DNA of 64,000 nucleotides from an uncultured Verrucomicrobiae bacterium (GCA_963719495.1 CAVRCI010000013.1:576001-640000), one strand, 5' to 3'; shown: positions 8,992 to 19,734, counted from the first letter of the stretch. The notes: generated by a model not told the origin, from the letters alone. Numbers and translations: made by a program.

Positions 8992-10780
8992 GGATCGTCG
9001 CCAGCTCCTGCGTGGCATCGTCCAGGTCGCCGAGCTTGCGCTTCAGCCCGTTGAGATTCTTCTTCGCGATCTGCGCCCGCACGTCCGCCACCAGCGCCTC
9101 GATCCGCGCCCGGTCCTCGGCTGGCAACTGATCGCCCAGCTGCTCGAACGCCGCGTCCACCGCGGGCAGCATTTCCTCGGCCTTGAGTTTCGTCTCCGTG
9201 AAAAGCCGTTCGTTCATGTCCTCGAACGCGTGTTCCACCGAATCACCGATCATCGCCCCCACCGCGTCGTCCGACACGTCGACCGCGCTCCGGATTTCGA
9301 CCACCTGGTCCCGCCCCGTCGCGACGTCCCGCGCCAGCACGTGGAGAATCCCATCCGCGTCGATCTCGAATTGCACCCCCACCCGCGCCGTCCCCTTCGC
9401 AGCCGGCGTGAATTCCAGGTCGAAATCCCCCAGCCGCCAATTGTCCCGCGCCATCTCCCGCTCGCCCTGCAGCACGGTGATCCGCATCTCCGTCTGATTC
9501 GACACCGCGTTCGTGAACATCTCGCCGCGCTTCGTCGGAATCGTCGTATTCCGCGCGATGATCACGTTCATCAATCCCCCGAAGGTCTCGATCCCCAGCG
9601 AAAGCGGCGTCACGTCCAGCAGCGTCACCTCCCGCACCGAACCCTCCAGGATCCCCGCCTGAATCACCGCGCCGATCGCCACGGCCTCGTCCGGGTTCTG
9701 GGACAAATTCGGCTCCCGCCCGAAAATCTCCGCCACCATCGCCCGCACCAACGGCATCCGCGTCGACCCGCCGACCAGAATCACCTCATCCAAATCCCCA
9801 GTCGCCAAGCCCGCATCCGCCAGCACCCGGCGGCAATGCGCTCGAGTCCGCTCCAGGATCGGCCGCGCCAGCCGCTCCAGCCGATCCCGCGTGAGTTCCA
9901 GCTCGACCCCCGCACCGCCGTTGGCAAACGGCAACCGCACCACCGTCGACTCCACCTCCGAAAGCGCCAACTTCGCCCCCTCCGCAACCTCCAACAATCG
10001 AGCCCGCCAACCAATCCCGCCCTCCGGCCCTCCCGCCCTCTCCCCAGCTTCACCCCCAACTTCCCGCTCGATCCAATCCGCCACCGCCCCGTCGATGTCG
10101 TCCCCGCCCAGCCGCGTGTCCCCGTCCGTCGCCAGCACCTGAAACACCCCGTCCGCCAACTCCAGCACGGAGACGTCAAACGTCCCGCCGCCCAGATCGA
10201 ACACCGCCACCTTCGACCGCTCGCCCAACTTATCGAGGCCGTAGGCCAGGGCCGCCGCCGTCGGTTCGCTCAGAATCCGCTCCACCGTCCAGCCCGCCAG
10301 CTCGCCCGCCCGCTTCGTCGCCGCCCGCTGCGCGTCGTTGAAATACGCCGGCACCGTGATCACCGCCCGATGCACATCTTCGCCGAGCGCCTCCCGGGCC
10401 ACCTCCTTCAAGTGCCGCAACGTCCGCGCCGACACCGCCTCCGGAGCCAGGTGCCGGTCGCCGATCCGGACCCGCGCGGCCCCGCCCTCGCCCGCTTCCA
10501 CCCGGTAGCCCAACCCCGACCAATCCGTCTCCCCACCGCGCGACCCGATCAGCCGCTTCACCGAAGTCACCACCCGCCCGGGCTCCACCCCCCGCATCCG
10601 CAGGGCTCCGCGCCCCACGACGGTCGACCCATCCTCCGCGTAATACACCGCCGAAGGCGTGAGCCGCTTCCCCTCCGAATCCGCCAACAACCCCGGAAAC
10701 CCCGAGTCCATCACCCCAACCAAAGAATTCGTCGTCCCTAAATCAATCCCCGCAATCACAGCCTGCGACCCTCCCACCAA
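8966..10780 (-). CDS. hscA: Hsp70-family chaperone (HscA-like DnaK paralogue)
   Basis: [27 protein letters not shown] and VGGSTRMP; short C-terminus; J-protein upstream on the same strand. Confidence 0.8.
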   Translation of the reverse strand: MVGGSQAVIAGIDLGTTNSLVGVMDSGFPGLLADSEGKRLTPSAVYYAEDGSTVVGRGALRMRGVEPGRVVTSVKRLIGSRGGETDWSGLGYRVEAGEGGAARVRIGDRHLAPEAVSARTLRHLKEVAREALGEDVHRAVITVPAYFNDAQRAATKRAGELAGWTVERILSEPTAAALAYGLDKLGERSKVAVFDLGGGTFDVSVLELADGVFQVLATDGDTRLGGDDIDGAVADWIEREVGGEAGERAGGPEGGIGWRARLLEVAEGAKLALSEVESTVVRLPFANGGAGVELELTRDRLERLARPILERTRAHCRRVLADAGLATGDLDEVILVGGSTRMPLVRAMVAEIFGREPNLSQNPDEAVAIGAVIQAGILEGSVREVTLLDVTPLSLGIETFGGLMNVIIARNTTIPTKRGEMFTNAVSNQTEMRITVLQGEREMARDNWRLGDFDLEFTPAAKGTARVGVQFEIDADGILHVLARDVATGRDQVVEIRSAVDVSDDAVGAMIGDSVEHAFEDMNERLFTETKLKAEEMLPAVDAAFEQLGDQLPAEDRARIEALVADVRAQIAKKNLNGLKRKLGDLDDATQELATILIESLMGD

Positions 10781-10859
10781 AAGAAAGCCACTTCAAGGAG
10801 CGGAGGCTTCCAGCCGCCGAAGTTTTGGGTCATGGAACAGGTGCCGATTTTTCCAAGTC

Positions 10860-12026
10860 ATGCGAATTCACCCACCCATCGCAATCGCCGCCGCGCTGCT
10901 GACTGGATTCGGCATCATGGTGGCCCCCGTCCGCGCGCTGACCCGCACGGGCGACATCATCGGCTATTCCATCAACGCCGAAAGCCAGCTTTTTCGCTTC
11001 CAGACCTCGGGAGCGTTCGAGCCGGCTCCGGTCGGTGCTCCGCTCGGCTCCGGCCCCCGCGCCATCACAACCGGACGGGCCGGGCTTTTTTTCGCCGTCG
11101 AGATCGGACCCATCGCCGCGCAACTCTTCACCATCGACCCCGGCTCGGGAGCGCGAACCAACGCCCCACGCTCCGTCGCCGCCGCCACGGACGACCCCCG
11201 GCCCTCCGACCTCGACGCCACCTCTTCGGGGTTCGGCCTGGTTTTCCTTCCCGGTTTGGGGAGCCGCGACGAGCCCGACACGTATCGCCTCGTCAGTTCC
11301 AATGCAACGAACCTCCGGATCTCTGCCGACGGGAGCCTTCTCGCGCACGACAGCGACCTCACCTACCTCGACGGCACTCCCGGCCCGCCGGAGATCGTCG
11401 CCGCCACGTTCGACCGGCAACCTCACCCCGGGCCCGCCACGTTCTACGGTCTCGACGCCGCCAACGACACGCTCGTCACGTCCGCCGACCCCGGCCAGGG
11501 CGGCCTCCGCGCCGTCGGCCCACTCGGCCTCGACATCTCCGGCCCAGCCGGGATGGCGATTCATCGGGATATCGTCAACCAGCTCTCCGCCTACGCCACC
11601 GTCACCGTCGATCGGGGCGCCACCTACTCGCTCCGCCGCGTGAATCTCGAGACGGGCGCTCTCTCGGAGCCCATCGCGACGTTCCCGGCAGGCTTCGAAC
11701 CGATCGGAGGTCTCGCGCTCCTGGAAGAATTCGGACCCGTGCCCGACTTCATCCCGCCCTCCGTCACGCTCGATCTGAAGAAGGAGACCAAAACGGTCGG
11801 CCCACACCGCAAGACCTTCCGCCTCCGCGGAAATGCCTTCGACGGTGGCGGCGGCGTCCGAGTCCTCGTCCAGGAACGAGGGAGAAAATTCCGCCCCGCG
11901 CGCGGCAACTTCCGTTGGACTTACCGCCTCCGTCTCCGGCCCGGTCGCAATTCCGTCCGCGTCATCGCCATCGACGCCGCCGGCAACCGTTCACGCCCGG
12001 TCCGCGTCACGATCATCCGCCGCTGA
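10860..12026 (+). CDS. Secreted DUF4394-like protein with Arg-rich C-terminal Ig-like domain
   Basis: Signal peptide; clear paralogy to the downstream gene (FPAGFEPIGG, LDAAND, GPLGLDIS); ends DAAGNRSRPVRVTIIRR. Confidence 0.7.
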   Translation: MRIHPPIAIAAALLTGFGIMVAPVRALTRTGDIIGYSINAESQLFRFQTSGAFEPAPVGAPLGSGPRAITTGRAGLFFAVEIGPIAAQLFTIDPGSGARTNAPRSVAAATDDPRPSDLDATSSGFGLVFLPGLGSRDEPDTYRLVSSNATNLRISADGSLLAHDSDLTYLDGTPGPPEIVAATFDRQPHPGPATFYGLDAANDTLVTSADPGQGGLRAVGPLGLDISGPAGMAIHRDIVNQLSAYATVTVDRGATYSLRRVNLETGALSEPIATFPAGFEPIGGLALLEEFGPVPDFIPPSVTLDLKKETKTVGPHRKTFRLRGNAFDGGGGVRVLVQERGRKFRPARGNFRWTYRLRLRPGRNSVRVIAIDAAGNRSRPVRVTIIRR

Positions 12027-12213
12027 GCGGCAGGAAACGGGAAAACAGGCATCCTGCCGGTCGTGCCGGGCATCCCGCACCACGCGCGAAGCGCCATTCC
12101 CGCCGCGCACCCTCCCGGAGAATAATCCGAAAAAGTTTCATCCAAAACTGATCCACGCGACGAACAACGGCGCAAGGCGGCCCTCAACCACACCTAGAAC
12201 CCACCAAACCAAG

Positions 12214-14244
12214 ATGAAAAACCACCTCACCCTCCTCACCCTCGGCGCGGCGATCCTCGCGATCGCGGCGACCCGGCAGGCCGAAGCCCGGCCCTACGGC
12301 TACGCTTACACCGCGCAAGGTCAGCTGTTCTCGTTCGATTTGACCAATCCCTCCAGCGTGAATCCGATCGGCAGTCCGGTCGGCTCGACCGTCAAGGGTA
12401 TCGACGTCCGTCCCGGCACCTCGACGCTCTACGCCGTCGACATCAATGGCCCCACCTCCCAGGTCCAGATCTACACCGTCAATCCCGTCACCGGCGTCCG
12501 CACGCCCGTCGGAGCCGCCATCCCGACCACCGGGACCGCGGACAACGGTGCCGCGTATTCCATCGACGCCGCCTCGCCCGGCTACGGATTCAACTTCAAT
12601 CCCGTCACGCTCCAGGGCGACGGCAGCAGCCGCTTCCGCCTCGTCGACGCCGCCGGTAACAACTACCGATTCAATTCCTCGACCGGCACCGTCGCCACCG
12701 TCGACGGCAACGTCGCCTACAACGATGGCACGGCCACGCCGCCAGCCCTCGGAGCCGCCGCTTACACGAACTCCGACGTCGAACGAGCCGGCCCCGCCAT
12801 CGCGCCCACCGCGCTCTACTACCTCGACGCCGCCAACGACGTCGTCGCCATCTCCGACGATCCGAACGCCGGGACCATCCAGAACGCCGGTCCCCTCGGG
12901 ATCGACATCAGCACCGTCGTCGGCATGGAAATCTACTCGCCACCCGGCAACGTCGCCGCGGGTGGAGGAGCCAATTTCACCTACATCGTGACGACCGAAG
13001 ACAACGGTGCCACCTACCAGCTTCGCACGATCCCGAGTATCGGGATGAGCGCGGGGACCGCATCCGCCTCGTTCGGCAATTTTCCTGCCGGCTTCGAGCC
13101 CGTCGGAGGTTTCGCCATCATCGACGCTCCCGAGCTCACCCCGCCGGCCGCCGCGGTCGGCTACGGCTACAACGCCGCGGGCCAGCTCTTCTCCTTCCCA
13201 CTCACCGACCCCTCGACCGTCACTCCGATCGGCGCCGCTTCCGAGCTCACCGTCAAGGGACTCGACTTCCGCCCCGGCACCGATGGCCTCTACTCCATCG
13301 CGGTCGGCGCGACCACGAGCCAGCTCTCACTCGTGAACATCAACACCGGCGGTGTGATCGCGATCGGCGCGGCCTTCCCAAACACCGACCCACCGGTGCT
13401 CGGCACGAACTACAACATCACCGCCGCCTCGCAGTTCGGGTTCGACTTCAACCCCACCACCCTGCAAACCGACGGCAGCATCCGCATCCGACTCATCGAT
13501 GACAACGGAACCAACCTCCGATTGAACTCCAACACCGGCGCGGTCGCCAGCGTCGATGGCGACATCAACATCGGCGGCGTCACCGTCACCGGAGTCACCG
13601 GAGCGGCCTACACGAACAGCGACACCTCCCGCATGGGAGCCGCCACCACCCCGACGCGGCTTTACTACCTCGACGCCGCCGCCGACCGATTGCTGACGTC
13701 CCCCGCCGCCAACGCGGGCACGTCGGAAGTCGTCGGACCCATCGGCGCGGACGTCGCTCCAAACACCGCCTTCGACATCCTGTCGTTCAGCGGATTCAAC
13801 GTCGGCTACGCCGCCGTCGAACTCGGAGGCGGCACCTACACGCTCCACAACGTCGATCTCCAGACCGGCGCCGCTGGTCCGGCCATCGGAACGTTCCCGT
13901 CCGGCTTCACTCCGGTCAACGGGTTCTCGACCTACATCGTGCCGGCCGCCGGAGTCGCGGACACCACGGCACCGCGCGTGGCCGCCGCTCGCAGCCTTCG
14001 GAGCAAGACGATCCGAAGCGAACGTCGCCGGATCACCCTCCGCGGCACCGCCATCGACGACACGGCCGTCACCCAGGTCGCGATCTTCGAGCGCGGCAAC
14101 CGCAACTCCCGCGTGGCCAACGGCACCCGGTTCTGGAAGAAGAGCGTCCGGCTTGACAACCGACGCAACGTCTTCCGCGTGATCGCCTTCGACGCGGCCG
14201 GCAACATCTCCCGCGCCGAGAAGATTGTCATCCGCCGCCGATAA
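12214..14244 (+). CDS. Secreted tandem DUF4394-domain protein with Arg-rich C-terminal Ig-like domain
   Basis: Two internal copies with G(I/L)D(V/F)RPGT, GF(N/D)FNP and AAYTNSD; ends DAAGNISRAEKIVIRRR. Confidence 0.8.
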   Translation: MKNHLTLLTLGAAILAIAATRQAEARPYGYAYTAQGQLFSFDLTNPSSVNPIGSPVGSTVKGIDVRPGTSTLYAVDINGPTSQVQIYTVNPVTGVRTPVGAAIPTTGTADNGAAYSIDAASPGYGFNFNPVTLQGDGSSRFRLVDAAGNNYRFNSSTGTVATVDGNVAYNDGTATPPALGAAAYTNSDVERAGPAIAPTALYYLDAANDVVAISDDPNAGTIQNAGPLGIDISTVVGMEIYSPPGNVAAGGGANFTYIVTTEDNGATYQLRTIPSIGMSAGTASASFGNFPAGFEPVGGFAIIDAPELTPPAAAVGYGYNAAGQLFSFPLTDPSTVTPIGAASELTVKGLDFRPGTDGLYSIAVGATTSQLSLVNINTGGVIAIGAAFPNTDPPVLGTNYNITAASQFGFDFNPTTLQTDGSIRIRLIDDNGTNLRLNSNTGAVASVDGDINIGGVTVTGVTGAAYTNSDTSRMGAATTPTRLYYLDAAADRLLTSPAANAGTSEVVGPIGADVAPNTAFDILSFSGFNVGYAAVELGGGTYTLHNVDLQTGAAGPAIGTFPSGFTPVNGFSTYIVPAAGVADTTAPRVAAARSLRSKTIRSERRRITLRGTAIDDTAVTQVAIFERGNRNSRVANGTRFWKKSVRLDNRRNVFRVIAFDAAGNISRAEKIVIRRR

Positions 14245-14276
14245 TCCGACCGGCCGCTCCCCCAGCGGTCTCAGTG

Positions 14277-14313
14277 GAAATCCGCCACCCGGGCAACCGG
14301 GTGGCGGATTTTT
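14277..14313. terminator. Intrinsic terminator hairpin between convergent genes
   Basis: AAATCCGCCACCCGG-GCAA-CCGGGTGGCGGATTTTT. Confidence 0.8.
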
Positions 14314-14410
14314 CGCGTCCGCTTCCAACCAATCCGGAGTTCGGTAACCGACTCGCTGTGCGAGCCGCCTGCCAGAACTCCCGCGATCCCACTTGCCGCC
14401 CGAGAACGGC

Positions 14411-14953
14411 TCAACCTCGCAACCGCAATTTCTGTTCGTCCACTTGCCGCGACCACCGCGTCAACCGATCGAATCGCCCGGCAAGCAACGCCAATTCCGC
14501 TTCCGAAATGTCCGGCCACCGTCCGTCCAGATCTCGCAGCTCGATCTCGACACCCTCCATCCGCAGTTCCACCGCCGTCCGCACGAGATCCAGTCCCGCC
14601 CCGTGCCGGGCCACCTCCCTCGCCAACAGCGCCCGGGCCAGCGGCTGACGGGCCTCGTCGACCCGGCGAACCAGATCCAGTCCCTTCCGCAGCACGTCTC
14701 CAACCCGCAGGAACAAATCCGCGTCCGTCACCGTGGTCTCCCGGCCCGCCCCACCCGCCAGCGCCCGCAGTCGCGACCCCACCCCCCGCACGGTTTCGTA
14801 TGCCCCGGTCAGCTCGAGAAAAGCTCCCGCGTCCCCGCCCGACGAATCCGGATGCAGGCATCTCGCCCGCTCTCGATACGCCCGCTGAATCACCGCCGCG
14901 TCCAGCACCGGCCGCCGCTCGACACCCAGAATTTCGAACGCATCGCGACTCAT
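14411..14953 (-). CDS. J-domain co-chaperone (HscB-like)
   Basis: DAFEILGV..AYRERARCLHPD..LTGAYETV J-domain followed by a helical C-terminus. Confidence 0.75.
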   Translation of the reverse strand: MSRDAFEILGVERRPVLDAAVIQRAYRERARCLHPDSSGGDAGAFLELTGAYETVRGVGSRLRALAGGAGRETTVTDADLFLRVGDVLRKGLDLVRRVDEARQPLARALLAREVARHGAGLDLVRTAVELRMEGVEIELRDLDGRWPDISEAELALLAGRFDRLTRWSRQVDEQKLRLRG

Positions 14954-15120
14954 CTCGCGGCCATCATCCGCGACCAGCCGCCCACCGGCCAGCGCGAAGC
15001 CTGCCCCCACCAGACCCGCGGCAAATTCCGCGCCTTCCCGCGGCCGGTCCCGACCTCCCCGATCTCCAAATCCCACCTCGACATCCCCCTTCGCCGTCCC
15101 CATACCTAAACGTTCCATTT

Positions 15121-16362
15121 ATGTCATTCGAAGAATTAGGACTTCCCGATCAAGTCCTCCACGGCGTCCAGCGACTCGGCTACGTCGATCCCAGCCCCAT
15201 TCAAGCCCAGGGCATCCCCGTCGCCCTCGCGGGTCGCGACCTCATCGCCTCCGCCCAGACCGGCACCGGCAAGACCGCCGCCTTCGGCCTTCCCATTCTC
15301 AGCAAACTCGGCGACCCCAAAGGCTACCCACGCTGCCTTATCCTCGAGCCCACCCGCGAGCTCGCCCTCCAGGTCGACGACGCCTTCCGTGATTTCGCCC
15401 ACTTCACTCACCTTGAAGTCACCGTCCTCTACGGCGGCGTCGGCTACGGCAAGCAACGCGAAGACCTCGAGCGCGGTTGCGACATCCTCTGCGCCACCCC
15501 CGGCCGTCTCCTCGACCTCATGCAGCAGGGCGACGTCGACCTGAGCCGCGTCGAATTCCTCGTTCTCGACGAAGTCGACCGGATGCTCGACATGGGCTTC
15601 CTCCCCGACGTCCGCCGCATCATCGAGAAGTGCCCGAAGGAACGTCAGACGCTCCTCTTCTCCGCCACCATCCCGCCCGAGATCGAGGGCCTTTCACAGT
15701 GGTGCCTCCGCGACCCGGAGAAGGTCAGCATCGGAGCCCGCCGGTCACCGGCCGAGACCGTCAACCACGCGATCTACCCCGTCGCCGCCGACCAGAAGTT
15801 CGACCTCCTCCTCGCGATCCTCGAAGCGACGCACTACCACAGCGTCCTCGTTTTCTCCCGCACCAAGGACGGAGCCGATCGCATCGCTCGCCGCCTCACC
15901 GACGAGAAACACACCGTCGCCGTCCTCCACTCGAACCGCTCGCAAAGCGAACGCGTCGACGCCCTCGACGGCTTCAAGTCCGGCAAATACGAGGTCATGG
16001 TGGCGACGGACATCGCCGCCCGCGGCATCGACATTTCCACGATCTCCCACGTCATCAACTACGACGTCCCGCAGCACCCCGAGGATTACGTGCATCGCAT
16101 CGGCCGCACCGGCCGCGCCTCGACCGAGGGCGACGCGTTCACGATCATGACCGCCGAAGAGCTTCCGCACGTGCAGGACATCGAGCGCTTCATCGACCAG
16201 AAGGTCGAGCGCAAGAAACTCGACGGCTTCACCTACAAATACTCCGCCGTCTTCGACGAAGCCCGCGTCACCGCCGTCCTCAAGGGTGCCAAAGGCGTCC
16301 GCACCCACAAGGGCATGCGCTTCGGCGGCAGCGGAAGTCGCGGCGGCAAGCGCGGCCGCTGA
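15121..16362 (+). CDS. rhlE: DEAD-box RNA helicase (RhlE-like)
   Basis: AQTGTGKT, PTRELA, DEVD, SAT and HRIGRTGR; RGG tail. Confidence 0.9.
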   Translation: MSFEELGLPDQVLHGVQRLGYVDPSPIQAQGIPVALAGRDLIASAQTGTGKTAAFGLPILSKLGDPKGYPRCLILEPTRELALQVDDAFRDFAHFTHLEVTVLYGGVGYGKQREDLERGCDILCATPGRLLDLMQQGDVDLSRVEFLVLDEVDRMLDMGFLPDVRRIIEKCPKERQTLLFSATIPPEIEGLSQWCLRDPEKVSIGARRSPAETVNHAIYPVAADQKFDLLLAILEATHYHSVLVFSRTKDGADRIARRLTDEKHTVAVLHSNRSQSERVDALDGFKSGKYEVMVATDIAARGIDISTISHVINYDVPQHPEDYVHRIGRTGRASTEGDAFTIMTAEELPHVQDIERFIDQKVERKKLDGFTYKYSAVFDEARVTAVLKGAKGVRTHKGMRFGGSGSRGGKRGR

Positions 16363-16389
16363 TCCCCGCGCCGTCCTTGGGCACCGCAT

Positions 16390-16445
16390 CGTAGCGCAAG
16401 CTTCCAGCTTGCCCGGATGCATTCCCGCAAGCTGGAAGCTTTCGT
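16390..16445. repeat. REP-like GTAG palindrome doublet
   Basis: GTAGCGCAAGCTTCCAGCTTGC...GCAAGCTGGAAGCTT. Confidence 0.6.
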
Positions 16446-16505
16446 TGCCAGATCAAGCCGCCGACCGCTCTTGCAATTCGCAGCCGCCGTGAGAAGTTTG
16501 CCGCC

Positions 16506-17234
16506 ATGTTCGCACGTATCCTCATCATTATCGTCGGTGCCATGTTCTGCGCCCCGCTCCACGCCGCATCGGAGATGCGCACCTGGACCAGCAAGGACGG
16601 CACCGCCACCCTCGAGGCCAAATTCCACAAACTCGAGGGTGAACGCATCACCTTCATCCTGCCAAACGGTCGTTCGCAATACGTCCAGACCAGCTTCCTG
16701 AGCGACGACGATCTCGCGTGGATCCAGCGGGAAAACTCCGCCGAGACAGCCGGCCCATCCGGCGTCCCGGCGACCGCCACGATCCCAGCCGCGCTCGAGG
16801 GCAACCTCATCGACGACCGGGGGAATGCCGCGTCCATCCTCGCCGCCGACGGCAGCGCGCCGAAACATTACCTCTTCTACTACTCCGCCTCCTGGTGCGG
16901 ACCCTGCGTTTCCTTCACTCCGACTCTCGTCAAATTCCACCGCAAGATGAAGGCGCGCAACGCGTCGTTCGAAGTCATCCTCGTCCCGAGTGACAGGACC
17001 CGCGAAGACGAAATCGCCTACCTCAAGGATCACCGCATGCCCTGGCCCGGCGTCGACCTCGACAAACGAACCCGCAACCTCCCCGGCAACACCACCGGCG
17101 GCATCCCGTCCATGGTTCTCACCGATGCCGAAGGGAACCGCGTGCTCGAAGTCGGCGGTTCTCTGAACCGCAACGATTTCCTCGACGAGGCCGAAGCTCT
17201 CCTCACGAAGAAAGACGACGTCGCTTCCAGGTAA
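16506..17234 (+). CDS. Exported SHD1-like + nucleoredoxin/tryparedoxin-like thioredoxin
   Basis: Signal peptide; RTWTSKDG..LEAKF..LSDDD (SHD1-like); YYSASWCGPC, FEVILV, MPW and GIPS. Confidence 0.8.
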   Translation: MFARILIIIVGAMFCAPLHAASEMRTWTSKDGTATLEAKFHKLEGERITFILPNGRSQYVQTSFLSDDDLAWIQRENSAETAGPSGVPATATIPAALEGNLIDDRGNAASILAADGSAPKHYLFYYSASWCGPCVSFTPTLVKFHRKMKARNASFEVILVPSDRTREDEIAYLKDHRMPWPGVDLDKRTRNLPGNTTGGIPSMVLTDAEGNRVLEVGGSLNRNDFLDEAEALLTKKDDVASR

Positions 17235-17333
17235 GCGAGCGTCGCCGCCCGCCAACCCGGCACCGCCCGCCGCCTCGCGCCGAGCGGGAATTCCACCTTT
17301 CGCCCCACGCACAACTGGGATTGAAATGCAGCC

Positions 17334-17744
17334 ATGATCGAAATTTCCCTCCGCTACACCGGCCAGCTCCGCTGCGAAGCCATCCACGGCCCATCGGATT
17401 CCCGCATCGCGACGGACGCTCCAACCGACAACCACGGTCGCGGAGAAACGTTTTCGCCCACCGATCTCTGCGCCACGTCGCTCGGCGCGTGCATGATGAC
17501 CATCATGGGCATCGTCGCGCAGGGACACGACCTCGATCTCGCCGGGACAACGTTCGTCGTCCGCAAGCACATGACCCCGGCCGCAACCCGCCGGATCGCG
17601 AAGATCGAAGTCGAATTCGACCTCCCGCTCCCCGAGACCCTCCCGCAGCGCGAAGCCTTGGAGCAAGCCGCGCACACCTGCCCGGTCGCCCTCAGCCTCC
17701 ATCCCGAAATCGAGAAAGTCGTGACTTTCCGCTGGAACGGATAG
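17334..17744 (+). CDS. OsmC-family protein
   Basis: TDAPTDNHGRG, FSPTDL, LGAC and CPVALSL. Confidence 0.88.
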   Translation: MIEISLRYTGQLRCEAIHGPSDSRIATDAPTDNHGRGETFSPTDLCATSLGACMMTIMGIVAQGHDLDLAGTTFVVRKHMTPAATRRIAKIEVEFDLPLPETLPQREALEQAAHTCPVALSLHPEIEKVVTFRWNG

Positions 17745-17771
17745 CGTCCCAACCGGATCGCCCCCCCCGAG

Positions 17772-17935
17772 GGTAGGGCAGCCGCGCCGCCGGCTGCCCA
17801 CTTCTGGTCACCCGTTGCGTCGTCCCCACCAGCGCGTCCCCAATACTCCGAGAACCGTGCCGCAGGACCACACTCGATTGACGCCCGGACGCCCCGCAAG
17901 ACAGTCACGGCACCCGCAGCGCGGCTTGCCCTACC
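17772..17935. repeat. REPIN-like inverted pair of GTAG REPs
   Basis: GGTAGGGCAGCCGCGCCGCCGGCTGCCC and an inverted copy ending GCCCTACC; related copies at 23419 and 36831. Confidence 0.65.
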
Positions 17936-17979
17936 AACGTCTCCGAGGACGGAGCGGAGGGTGCCGCTTGGCCGCCCGC

Positions 17980-19734
17980 CTACTTCAATTCCTCGCCCGT
18001 GATTCCATCCGTGATCACGAAATGCTCGTGGTGGAACGTCGGGTCCGACCGGAACGACAACCGTCCGGCGTAGCGCCGCTCGATGTCGATGAGGAGATCC
18101 TCGTCGTCCTCGCGCAGACGTTGCAAAAGCGTCGGGTGGACGATCACCTTGATCTCGTGAACGTCGTCGACGTGGCGCTTCATCACGGTGTGAAGAGCTC
18201 GCTGCATCTCCACGCTCATCGTCATCGGGCTCTTGATCATGCCGCGTCCGTTGCAGTGCGAGCAGGTGGAGTATTGGGAACTCGCCAGACTCTCCTGCGC
18301 TCGCTGACGGGTCATTTCCATCAAACCCAACTGCGAAATCGGCAGGACGTGGGTGCGCGCCTTGTCGCGCTTCAAGTGGTCGCGCACGCGCTGATAGACG
18401 GCGTTCTGGTCCTTGCGGGACTTCATGTCGATGAAGTCGCCCACGATCAACCCGCCGATGTTGCGGAGCCGGAGCTGGCGGGCGATTTCGTCCGCGGCTT
18501 CGAGGTTGGTGGTGAGGAGGTTCTTGTCCATGTCCTTGGCGCCTTTGTTTCGCCCGGTGTTCACGTCAATGGCGATCATGGCCTCGGTCTCGTCGATCAC
18601 GATGTAACCGCCGCAGGGCAACCAAACCTGACGCTGAAACGCCGAATCGATCTGCGACTGCACCCCGAAGAAATCGAAGATCGGCTGCGCGCCGCCGTAG
18701 TGATGCACGCGCTTCTTGGCCCGCTTGGAGATTTGTTCGATGAGGAGCTCCATCCGCTCGAAGGCGACGAGGTCGTCGACAAGCACTTCGTCGACTTCGT
18801 CGGTGAGGAAATCCCGGACGGTCCGGTCGATGAGATCGGGTTCGCGGAAGAGCTCGGCGGGAGCCGGTTTGTCCTTCATCCCAGCCTCGATGGCTTCCCA
18901 CTGCTCGACGAGCAGACTGAGATCGCGCACGAAGTGACGGGCGCGCTGGCCCTGTCCCGCGGTCCGCATGATGACGCCCATGCCGTCGGGCAGGTCGAGT
19001 TCGCGGAGGATCTGGCGGAGGCGGTCGCGTTCCTTCGGATCGTCGATCTTGCGCGAAATGCCGCACTCCGGACTGTAGGGCATGAGGACGAGGTAGCGCC
19101 CGGGCATGCTGATGTTCGTGGTGATGCGCGGGCCCTTGTTGCTGATCGGGCCTTTGCTCACCTGCACCATCACCTCGGAGCCGACCGGGTAGATGTCGGG
19201 GATGTCCTTGGCGACGATCTTTGGCTGACCGCCACCGCCGCCTTTCCCGCCCTTGCCGCCGGAGCGTCCGCCGCCTCCGCTCTTCTTGCCCTTGCCGCCG
19301 CGACCCCGCCGCCGACCTCCGCCGCCGCCTTCGGTGACGACTTCACCGTCATTGGATTCGTCGTCGCCTTCTTCGGGCTCGGGAGGCGCGGCCTGCTTCG
19401 AGGATTTCGCGGATTTCGAAGATCCTTCGCGCGAAACGGCTTCGACGCCGCTGTCGAGGGCGGCCGGAATGGCGTCCCAGAAGTGCAGGAACGCGTTCTT
19501 CTCGAAGCCGATGTCCACGAACATGGCCTTGAGACCGTGCTCGATGTTGCGGACGCGGCCTTTGTAGATACCGCCGACGATGTTGCGGTCGGTCTCGCGC
19601 TCGATGGTGTATTCCTCGAGGCGGTTGTTTTCGAGGAGAGCGACTCGTTTCTCGAGCTTCTCGCAGCTGACGATGAGTTTGGTTCCGGTGGGTTTACGGC
19701 CGAGGCCGAGCATGCGTTTGACAGTGTCGATCAT
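17980..19734 (-). CDS. rng: Ribonuclease E/G family
   Basis: IYKGRV, FVDIG, KGPRITT, GRYLVL, IDVNTG and RLRNIGGLIVGDFIDM; CxxC Zn-link. Confidence 0.92.
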   Translation of the reverse strand: MIDTVKRMLGLGRKPTGTKLIVSCEKLEKRVALLENNRLEEYTIERETDRNIVGGIYKGRVRNIEHGLKAMFVDIGFEKNAFLHFWDAIPAALDSGVEAVSREGSSKSAKSSKQAAPPEPEEGDDESNDGEVVTEGGGGGRRRGRGGKGKKSGGGGRSGGKGGKGGGGGQPKIVAKDIPDIYPVGSEVMVQVSKGPISNKGPRITTNISMPGRYLVLMPYSPECGISRKIDDPKERDRLRQILRELDLPDGMGVIMRTAGQGQRARHFVRDLSLLVEQWEAIEAGMKDKPAPAELFREPDLIDRTVRDFLTDEVDEVLVDDLVAFERMELLIEQISKRAKKRVHHYGGAQPIFDFFGVQSQIDSAFQRQVWLPCGGYIVIDETEAMIAIDVNTGRNKGAKDMDKNLLTTNLEAADEIARQLRLRNIGGLIVGDFIDMKSRKDQNAVYQRVRDHLKRDKARTHVLPISQLGLMEMTRQRAQESLASSQYSTCSHCNGRGMIKSPMTMSVEMQRALHTVMKRHVDDVHEIKVIVHPTLLQRLREDDEDLLIDIERRYAGRLSFRSDPTFHHEHFVITDGITGEELK

